A stretch of 46,132 nucleotides of DNA, taken from NCBI GenBank assembly GCA_037444665.1, contig JBBILZ010000014.1:1-46132 (forward strand), read 5' to 3'. Shown piece by piece: positions 19,173 to 27,552 of this stretch. The DNA is from a candidate division WOR-3 bacterium (GTDB lineage Bacteria > Hydrothermota > Tepidihabitantia > SM23-42 > JAOAFX01). Below the pieces are notes generated by a model. The model was not told the DNA's origin. It did no database searches and saw nothing but the letters and a program-made list of their open reading frames with translations. The translations under genes and the position numbers were made by a program. Every line of letters begins with the position of its first letter. Positions within the stretch are counted from its first letter, which is position 1.

Positions 19173-20677
19173 AATCCCATTTCAATAATGTTCATCCTGT
19201 TATCTATTGTATATAAATCTACCCCATCAGTCAATAGGGGAGGAGCATTACCTTCACCAAATGGCAATAATGGTTCAAGTAAGCCAATTCTTGTCTTATC
19301 AAGGGTTACCTCTGGTTTTTTTTGCTGCTTGTTCTTTGCCCGCGGTTCAGGAATATTATTGGCAGCGAATTCTACAAATTTATCAAGATGTTCTATCTTC
19401 ATTGAAAAACCAGCAGCCCTTTTGTGCCCGCCAAAATCCAGGAACAGATTTTTTATTTTATTCAAAAACTCAAAAAGATGTATGTCATAAGAGCGTAGTT
19501 CACCCAGGCAGGTGTCCTCTTTTGTCATTATAATAACCGCAGTTCTGTGAAAATAGTCACGCAGCTGGGCGGCAACTGCACCAAGATTATTAATCTTTGT
19601 TGAGACCATTGCATTTGCCGGGATAATTGATATCACAACACCCGGATAGATTTTGGCAGCATCTAACGCAATTTGAAAAAGGGCATTGATATTCATTGTT
19701 CTTGCATTTTCTATGGTTTTTAATCTTTCAATTATTTTGGCAAACTCTCGGTCTGATTCAGTAAGAAAGAATTCAAGACCGATTGCAGGGTCTTCAAGTG
19801 AAGCAGATTGGAGGAGCGGTATTATTTCATTAAAGATATAAGGGAAATTTATATGATTTTCACGCACAAAATATTTTGTCCATGGTCTGTCAATATTTTT
19901 GAATTCCTTAAGCCCGACATAACACAGAGCGCGATTTTCATTTACAGGCATCACCCGGTCTGCAAGTGTGCCAATCATTGCAATTGTAAGGAGTTCTTTT
20001 TTTAGTTTATAGAAATCTTTGTTTTCAATTCCTAATGCCATTTTGTATATTGACTGGCTTAATTTCAGGGTAACACCTGCTCCGGCAAGTTCCCTGAATG
20101 GATAGCGCGAATTGAGCCTTTTGGGGTCTAAAGCAGGTACTGGGAATTCGCTTAAATTTGTTTCATGGTGGTCACAGACAATCAAATTTAATCCCATATC
20201 CCTCGCAATATTGAAATTTTCTGTATTGCTTATTCCAAAATCAACCGTTATCAGGATTTTGGCGCCCAGTGCCCTATACTTTTTTAGAACCTCAGGATTT
20301 AATATATAACCATCCTTTTCCCGCTTGATTGGATAGAGTAGTACCTGGGGTCTATTGTTTCTACGGACATCTAATAGGGTTTGGTATAATAATGTGGCTG
20401 ATGTATAACCATCAGGGTCGTCATGGGTATAGATCAGAATATCATCACCATTTTTTAAACCTTTGATGATTTCTGCTGTTGCTATTTCAATGTCTGGTAT
20501 GGTCTGCGGGTCATTGAGTTGGTCAAGACCTGGAAAAAGGAATCTTTTTGCTTCATCAAAAGATGGAAACCTCTGGCTTATAATACAGGCAAGTTCATAG
20601 TGTATATTGAATTCCTGGGCATATCGCTGGCTTAGAATATCATCCATTATCTTTTCCCTCAGGAATTCTGGATCCAT
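19160..20677 (-). CDS. RecJ-like DHH/DHHA1 phosphoesterase (divergent, short C-terminus)
   Basis: HDDPDG, TVDFG, CDHH, YPFRELAGAGV, GTLAD...ENR, GGHKRAAG, PFGEGN; likely start ATG 20677. Confidence 0.82.
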   Translation of the reverse strand: MDPEFLREKIMDDILSQRYAQEFNIHYELACIISQRFPSFDEAKRFLFPGLDQLNDPQTIPDIEIATAEIIKGLKNGDDILIYTHDDPDGYTSATLLYQTLLDVRRNNRPQVLLYPIKREKDGYILNPEVLKKYRALGAKILITVDFGISNTENFNIARDMGLNLIVCDHHETNLSEFPVPALDPKRLNSRYPFRELAGAGVTLKLSQSIYKMALGIENKDFYKLKKELLTIAMIGTLADRVMPVNENRALCYVGLKEFKNIDRPWTKYFVRENHINFPYIFNEIIPLLQSASLEDPAIGLEFFLTESDREFAKIIERLKTIENARTMNINALFQIALDAAKIYPGVVISIIPANAMVSTKINNLGAVAAQLRDYFHRTAVIIMTKEDTCLGELRSYDIHLFEFLNKIKNLFLDFGGHKRAAGFSMKIEHLDKFVEFAANNIPEPRAKNKQQKKPEVTLDKTRIGLLEPLLPFGEGNAPPLLTDGVDLYTIDNRMNIIEMGLWQT

Positions 20678-21068
20678 TGTCCTGATAGTATCTTTTCTTG
20701 ATAAAATCAACTATTTTATCACGGTCTTCAGGTAATAGCAGAAAAACGCCACGAAAGTTGTTCAAAAAAGTTTTGTGCTTAAATGGACTCAATAAGACAC
20801 CGTTCTTTCCAAAATAGACTTTTTTAAATTCAGTCAATTTTCTCTTATTCGTGGTAAAGATGGTCTTTATTATTACTTCTTCATCAGTGATTTCATAGAC
20901 CGTCGGAAAATAGTAGGAATATAAAGAAATGAAAAGAAATATTGCACCGAGTAAAGACCAAAAAAATCCGTAAATTATTCCAATGAGCAGAAGAAAGATC
21001 GCTACAAAAATCAAACTGACAATAGTTTTTGTAAGGTTTCCATTTGCCGGGTGCACACGCCAGGTCAT
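20640..21068 (-). CDS. Hypothetical membrane protein (2 TM plus small soluble domain)
   Basis: ORF with two hydrophobic helices, co-oriented with tRNA and the RecJ-like gene. Confidence 0.7.
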   Translation of the reverse strand: MTWRVHPANGNLTKTIVSLIFVAIFLLLIGIIYGFFWSLLGAIFLFISLYSYYFPTVYEITDEEVIIKTIFTTNKRKLTEFKKVYFGKNGVLLSPFKHKTFLNNFRGVFLLLPEDRDKIVDFIKKRYYQDNGSRIPEGKDNG

Positions 21069-21142
21069 AGTCTAATATTTCCTCAATTCAAGACGCTTAT
21101 CATAACATTTGGGCGGTAAAATTCCTAAAAAATTAGTTAATT

Positions 21143-21216
21143 TGGGCCCGGTAGGACTTGAACCCACGACCCGCTGATTATGAGTCAGCTGCTCTAACCA
21201 CCTGAGCTACGGGCCC
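21143..21216 (-). tRNA. tRNA with CAT anticodon, most likely tRNA-Ile2 (lysidine), otherwise elongator Met; CCA not encoded
   Basis: GGGCCCG/CGGGCCC acceptor region, TAGCTCAG...GG D-arm, GCTGA-CTCATAA-TCAGC anticodon arm, GTTCAAGT T-loop. Confidence 0.92.
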
Positions 21217-21258
21217 CCTTTTTTTATTTTTTATCAAACATAAAAAAATTACCATACT

Positions 21259-21286
21259 ATTATATTTATTAAATAAAGTTTGTCAA
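21259..21286 (-). promoter_or_regulatory. Promoter of tRNA(CAT) (TTGACA-N16-TATAAT)
   Basis: -35 at 21281-21286, -10 at 21259-21264. Confidence 0.8.
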
Positions 21287-21324
21287 CTATACGATATTAG
21301 TAACAATTTAGCCTCCCTAAAATC

Positions 21325-21411
21325 GTAGTTGCTTGATTTATCAAGCACCAAAAAGAGCCCAATGCTCCGTCCCGATGGGACGAGAGTCCCTTCGGGAAAT
21401 TGGGCAACTAC
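21325..21411. repeat. GTAG REP doublet (gtagttgc...gcaactac) with a nested 33-nt hairpin insertion
   Basis: Inverted GTAGTTGC ends; right arm matches the uninterrupted copy at 45321-45342 except for the insert at 21365-21397. Confidence 0.75.
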
Positions 21412-21476
21412 ATTGATTTAATTCTATTTTTTAGAATGGTTAACCTATTACAAATTGCTTTCCTTACAAATAATGT

Positions 21477-21564
21477 GGCTCTATTAGATAAGCCTGCTGT
21501 ATCTTTTAACCCGTAGGAGGGAGTACGGGTTTCTTATTATAGATACAGCGGTTCTAACAGAGCC
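21477..21564 (-). ncRNA. Putative novel 88-nt rod-shaped small RNA with C-rich (anti-SD) apical loop
   Basis: Three nested stems (12, 9 and 8 bp); dedicated promoter whose predicted +1 is the first G of the stem. Confidence 0.7.
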
Positions 21565-21570
21565 GATTAT

Positions 21571-21598
21571 ATTATACCAAAAATTTACAAAAAGTCAA
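21571..21598 (-). promoter_or_regulatory. Promoter of the putative sRNA (TTGACT-N16-TATAAT, extended -10 TGn)
   Basis: -35 at 21593-21598, -10 at 21571-21576; back-to-back with the tRNA-Val promoter. Confidence 0.78.
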
Positions 21599-21601
21599 TG
21601 G

Positions 21602-21629
21602 TTGACAAAACTTAACTTTTGATTATAAT
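21602..21629 (+). promoter_or_regulatory. Promoter of tRNA-Val-groES-groEL (TTGACA-N16-TATAAT)
   Basis: -35 at 21602-21607, -10 at 21624-21629. Confidence 0.82.
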
Positions 21630-21641
21630 ATAATGTCTAAA

Positions 21642-21715
21642 GGGCGAATAGCTCAGATGGTGAGAGCGTCTGCCTTACAAGCAGAAGGTCACCCGTTCAA
21701 ATCGGGTTTCGCCCA
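21642..21715 (+). tRNA. tRNA-Val(TAC); CCA not encoded
   Basis: GGGCGAA/TTCGCCC acceptor stem, TCTGC-CTTACAA-GCAGA anticodon arm, GTTCAAAT T-loop. Confidence 0.95.
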
Positions 21716-21797
21716 GATATATTGTTTAGTATTAATCGTTGTTGGATTTCATGATTAACAGCGGTCTAAATAATAGGAATTGAAAGGAGGTAGTATT

Positions 21798-22091
21798 ATG
21801 AATATTAAACCACTCCATGACCATATCCTTGTAGAAAGGATTGAGGAAGAAGTCAGGAAGGGTGGAATTATAATACCTGATACGGCTAAAGAAAAACCAC
21901 AGCAAGGTAAGGTGATTGCAGTGGGTGATGGCCGCAGGGATGAAAAAGGTAATCGTATTGCTCTGGATGTGAAGAAGGGTGATATTATTCTTTTTGGTAA
22001 ATATGCAGGTTCAGAAGTGAAGATTGATGATAAAGAATATTTGATAATCCGTGAGGAAGATGTCCTCGGTATTATAGAGAAAAAGGAGTAA
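21798..22091 (+). CDS. groES: Co-chaperonin GroES
   Basis: [22 protein letters not shown]; start ATG 21798 behind AGGAGG. Confidence 0.98.
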   Translation: MNIKPLHDHILVERIEEEVRKGGIIIPDTAKEKPQQGKVIAVGDGRRDEKGNRIALDVKKGDIILFGKYAGSEVKIDDKEYLIIREEDVLGIIEKKE

Positions 22092-23720
<1,629 letters not shown>

Positions 23721-23733
23721 AAGATAGTTTAAA

Positions 23734-23784
23734 GGTTAGGGTTGGGATGCTTGTCCAGCTTCTCAACCCTAACCGAATAACCAT
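23734..23784 (+). repeat. Intergenic stem-loop after groEL; homologous copy at 35569-35643
   Basis: ggttagggttgggatgct...agcttctcaaccctaacc followed by aataaccat. Confidence 0.65.
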
Positions 23785-23793
23785 TTTTAAAGT

Positions 23794-24054
23794 ATGCCGA
23801 CATACGAATACGAATGTAATAATTGTAAATTACATTTTGAGTTATTGCAGGGTATAAATGAGCCTCCGGTTAAGAATTGCCCAAAATGCGGAGGGAGTGT
23901 CCGTCGTTTGATATCAGGCGGCGCAGGTTTGATATTTAAAGGTAGTGGTTTTTATATCACGGATTATAAAAAAACGAGTTTACCCAGGGAAGAGAAAAGA
24001 CCAGAATTAAACAAACCATCAGAAAAACCAAGGATTACACAAAAAAAAGACTAG
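23794..24054 (+). CDS. FmdB-family zinc-ribbon protein
   Basis: MPTYEYECxxC...CPKCGG...FKGSGFYITDY. Confidence 0.92.
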   Translation: MPTYEYECNNCKLHFELLQGINEPPVKNCPKCGGSVRRLISGGAGLIFKGSGFYITDYKKTSLPREEKRPELNKPSEKPRITQKKD

Positions 24055-24072
24055 CCAATAAATTTTACAAAG

Positions 24073-24285
24073 ATGTATAACACAGGAAAATTTTTCATAA
24101 TATTTGGTATAATATTTATTATAGTGGGTCTTTTTTTTATTATTTTTCCAAAATTTCCAATTTTTAAATTGCCCGGCGATATTGTAGTCAAAAAAGAAAA
24201 TTTTTCTTTTTATTTTCCAATTGTATCAAGCATTTTAATCTCGGTAATACTATCTATAATATTAAATCTGATGTTCCGTAAATGA
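24073..24285 (+). CDS. Small membrane protein (DUF2905-like)
   Basis: Two TM helices with LPGDI and FYFPI motifs. Confidence 0.82.
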   Translation: MYNTGKFFIIFGIIFIIVGLFFIIFPKFPIFKLPGDIVVKKENFSFYFPIVSSILISVILSIILNLMFRK

Positions 24286-24287
24286 GA

Positions 24288-24989
24288 TTAAATTATTCTA
24301 CCGATACGCTTCAGCCTTATCTCTTTCCAGCGCCAGAATTGCAAGATATCAAAGATACTTGATGCTTCCCTTCCTGGATTAAAAGAAAAATAGATAAATA
24401 AAGGTTTGCCTTTTAAATACTTTTTATGTAATGGACCCCAGAATCTTGAGTCCATTGAGTTATCACGGTTATCGCCCATTGCAAATACGCAGTCTTTTGG
24501 AACAATCACAGGTCCGAAATTATCCCTGATATATATACCATAAAGGTCGGCAAAACGTGCATTCTCCCAATTTTTTTGGTAATTTGGATTATTGTTTTCA
24601 AAGCCTGGCAGGATTCTGTGGTCTCTATGTATTTTGTAAGGCTCATTGACTGCTTTTCCATTTACATAAAGGACTTTATTTACGATTCTAACTGTATCAC
24701 CTTCAATCGCAATACACCTTTTTACAAAATCACGATTTTCAAAAGGATATTTAAAAACAATTATTTCACCCCGCTGGGGCATTCTGCCCTGAATAATTTG
24801 CAGGTTTGTATAGGGCAATTTTATGCCATAAATAAAACGATTGACCAGGAGGGCGTCGCCAATGAGCAGGGTATTTTCCATTGAACCAGTTGGAATGACA
24901 TAGGCTTCTACAAAGATTGCCCGAAGAATTAAAACTACAATAATAACGAGTGTCCAGGAATAGACTTCTCTTTTTATCTTATCAAGCAC
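24288..24989 (-). CDS. lepB: Signal peptidase I
   Basis: IPTGSMENTL (Ser), FVKRC (Lys), GDNRDNSMDSRFWG. Start reassigned to GTG 24989 from promoter geometry. Confidence 0.95.
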   Translation of the reverse strand: MLDKIKREVYSWTLVIIVVLILRAIFVEAYVIPTGSMENTLLIGDALLVNRFIYGIKLPYTNLQIIQGRMPQRGEIIVFKYPFENRDFVKRCIAIEGDTVRIVNKVLYVNGKAVNEPYKIHRDHRILPGFENNNPNYQKNWENARFADLYGIYIRDNFGPVIVPKDCVFAMGDNRDNSMDSRFWGPLHKKYLKGKPLFIYFSFNPGREASSIFDILQFWRWKEIRLKRIGRII

Positions 24990-24994
24990 AGCCA

Positions 24995-25022
24995 ATTATA
25001 TGCACTTTAGCAACAAAGTCAA
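24995..25022 (-). promoter_or_regulatory. Promoter of lepB (TTGACT-N16-TATAAT), leaderless
   Basis: -35 at 25017-25022, -10 at 24995-25000, in-frame GTG 5 nt downstream. Confidence 0.75.
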
Positions 25023-25052
25023 GGAATCGTTTGATGTTTTTTGCTTGGGATT

Positions 25053-27011
25053 TTATAGAATCAGGTTCAGGATTGCTCCGACTGAGAACGCGGTCAAGAG
25101 CATTATGCCCGTTGCCTTGAGTGTATCAATTATGCCCAGTTCTTTAATAAATACGGCAAATGTCGCAACACAGGGGAAATACATTGCGAGCACTGTGCTT
25201 GCAACGACCAATTGTTTAAGGGATAAATTTAATGGCACGAGCATACCTACTGCAATATCTTTTCTTAAGAATCCTAACAGAAGCGCAATCGTTGCCTCTG
25301 CAGGAAGGGATAAGATATTCACAACGATCGGTCCAATAATTTTTGAAAGGAAATTGAATATACCAAGAGCATAGAATAGATTGGCAATGAATACACCTAA
25401 AAGAACAAATGGTGTTGCCTCAAGGATAAACCATTTTACACGCATCCAGAGTTTCTTCATTAGGGCAGGAACATAGGGGAGACGATAAGTAGGAATTTCT
25501 GTAAAGATTTCCGGACTCTCACCTTTAAAGATTAATTTCAGTAAGATTCCACCAATAACAAAGACAATGAATAGTGTGGCAAAAACAGGGAAGAGCCCTT
25601 TTGCTCCATATTTACCAACCAATCCAAAAATCATAGCGGTCAATGCGGCACAGGGGACACAGATTGCCATCAGGGTCATTGCAATGAACCGTTCCCTTTT
25701 TGTCTCAAGAATTCTTGTGCTCAAAACACCCGGGACATTACAGCCCATACCCAAAAGCATGGGAATTATTGCCATACCATGGAGGCCAAAAAGGTGGAGG
25801 AATTTATCAACGAGCACAGCGAGTCTGGGTAGATAGCCTGAATCTTCAAGAAAACTTAATACGAGATAGAATGCAAAGACATAAGGCAGTACCTGTCCAA
25901 ACTCTACATACAATCCTGTAGTAAGTATGCCGAATGATTGGCTGAAGTCAATGTCCCCATTTATCAATTCACCAATGATAAGATTATGGATAATACCTGA
26001 ACCGCCAAGTATTTTTGAGAGAGCCATCATAACTGGTTTATATAAACCATAAAATACCGGGTCACAAATGTAATTAATTATGCTTTCGCCGATGAATCTA
26101 ATCAATTGGAATATTAGAAACAAAATGATTAGCGAAATGGGAATGCCGGTCCAGGGTTTGATTGTCAGGTCACCAATACTTTCCAGAAATGTGTGATGCC
26201 GGTGTTTTATAACCTGAACCTGGGAAATTATTTTTCCTATTTCGTGCCACCGTTCTGTATCCTTGAATTGGTATTCTCCTTTTTTTGCCTCATCAAGGCG
26301 ATTGAGCAATTCTTTTATTCCTTCACCAGTAATAGCAACAGTTGGAATTACACTTACGCCAAGAATCCTTTCAAGTTCTTTGATATTTATTTCTATGCCT
26401 GTGTGTTTTGCCTCATCCCATAAATTTAATGCGATAATCATAGGAATATTCTTTTTTAATAATTGGAGTGTAAGATTGAGATTGCGCTCTAAATTTGTTG
26501 CATCAATAACATTCACAATGATGCAGTCTCCTTCCTCTATTGCTTTGTTTAACATTTGGACTGCTACTTCCTCAGCCGGGGTTGATGGTTCTAAACTATA
26601 GGTCCCTGGCACATCAACTACATCAATCCGCTTATCACCATATCCGGCACAGCCACGACAAAATTCAACTGTTGTTCCTGGATAATTTGATGCAATTACA
26701 TCCACACCAGTTAATCTTGAAAATATTACACTCTTTCCAACATTGGGATTGCCAACCAGTAATATTTTTTTTATATGATACTCTACTTTTACCATAATCT
26801 TCCGTGTCATTCCATATCCGAGCGCGACCTGGGTATTTCCTATTTTAATCACAACTGGTCCATGCATAATCTGCTCGCTTATTTTCTCTATTTCTGCGCC
26901 AGGAACAATACCGAGTGCCTCCAATCGGTTTATAAATCCCTTACCTCCAATAATTTCTACAACCTTGCCTTTCTCGCCAGCATGCATTGCCGCCAGATTT
27001 ACAAGACTCAT
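25053..27011 (-). CDS. feoB: Ferrous iron transporter, FeoA-FeoB fusion
   Basis: N-terminal FeoA domain (RLEALGIVPG...GPVVIK...VALG); G1 GNPNVGKS, NYPGTTVE, DVPGTYSL; EDSGYLPR, GMGCNVP gate motifs. Confidence 0.93.
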   Translation of the reverse strand: MSLVNLAAMHAGEKGKVVEIIGGKGFINRLEALGIVPGAEIEKISEQIMHGPVVIKIGNTQVALGYGMTRKIMVKVEYHIKKILLVGNPNVGKSVIFSRLTGVDVIASNYPGTTVEFCRGCAGYGDKRIDVVDVPGTYSLEPSTPAEEVAVQMLNKAIEEGDCIIVNVIDATNLERNLNLTLQLLKKNIPMIIALNLWDEAKHTGIEINIKELERILGVSVIPTVAITGEGIKELLNRLDEAKKGEYQFKDTERWHEIGKIISQVQVIKHRHHTFLESIGDLTIKPWTGIPISLIILFLIFQLIRFIGESIINYICDPVFYGLYKPVMMALSKILGGSGIIHNLIIGELINGDIDFSQSFGILTTGLYVEFGQVLPYVFAFYLVLSFLEDSGYLPRLAVLVDKFLHLFGLHGMAIIPMLLGMGCNVPGVLSTRILETKRERFIAMTLMAICVPCAALTAMIFGLVGKYGAKGLFPVFATLFIVFVIGGILLKLIFKGESPEIFTEIPTYRLPYVPALMKKLWMRVKWFILEATPFVLLGVFIANLFYALGIFNFLSKIIGPIVVNILSLPAEATIALLLGFLRKDIAVGMLVPLNLSLKQLVVASTVLAMYFPCVATFAVFIKELGIIDTLKATGIMLLTAFSVGAILNLIL

Positions 27012-27475
27012 TGGTATTTCTCCTTTTTCTTACATTTTTGACATAATCCATAAATTTCCAGTTTATGGTCGGTGACAGTGAATTTATAATTCAGAGCTAT
27101 CTTTTTCTGAATTTTTTCAATTGCGGGGTTGGTAAATTCAATAATTGCACCACACCTTATGCAGACCAGGTGGTTATGGTGCCCTTCTTTATGAACTGGC
27201 TCAAAGCGGGTAAGCCCTTTTTCAAAATTTCGTTCAGCAGCAAGACCCCGTGATACAAGTAGTTTTAGTGCTCTGTAGACGGTTGAATAACCAATGCCGG
27301 GCATCCTGTTTTTAATTTGGTTGTAGAGCTCTTCAACACTGTAATGTTTATCTTGCTTTAAAAAATACTCAATTATAAACAACCTTTTCTGGGATGATTT
27401 CAACCTGTGCTTTTTGCTAAAATTATTCTTCAGTCTAAAATTAAATTCGTTCTTGATTTTGAATTTCATTTTCAT
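27008..27475 (-). CDS. fur: Fur-family transcriptional repressor
   Basis: STVYRAL, HHNHLVCIRCG, YGLCQKC; overlaps feoAB by 4 nt. Confidence 0.92.
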   Translation of the reverse strand: MKMKFKIKNEFNFRLKNNFSKKHRLKSSQKRLFIIEYFLKQDKHYSVEELYNQIKNRMPGIGYSTVYRALKLLVSRGLAAERNFEKGLTRFEPVHKEGHHNHLVCIRCGAIIEFTNPAIEKIQKKIALNYKFTVTDHKLEIYGLCQKCKKKEKYQ

Positions 27476-27509
27476 TTTATAATGATAATCAAAAAATTAA
27501 CTTTGTCAA
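27455..27509 (-). promoter_or_regulatory. Promoter of fur-feoAB (TTGACA-N16-TATCAT) overlapped by a Fur-box-like array
   Basis: -35 at 27504-27509, -10 at 27482-27487; ataatgataatc at 27479-27490 plus aatgaaaatgaaattc across the start codon. Confidence 0.7.
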
Positions 27510-27552
27510 GGGGAAGAAAATAAAATTGGTTAAATGGTTAAAAGTTACGGTT

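Noticed and set aside
21477..21564. SRP RNA, 6S RNA, tRNA-Sec or simple terminator as identity of the hairpin
   Set aside because: No SRP domain IV motif, too short for typical 6S, no cloverleaf. It has its own promoter and no gene ends next to it.
21716..21797. CIRCE or sigma32 element upstream of groES (also checked 15560-15623 for grpE)
   Set aside because: No TTAGCACTC-N9-GAGTGCTAA and no convincing sigma32 boxes.
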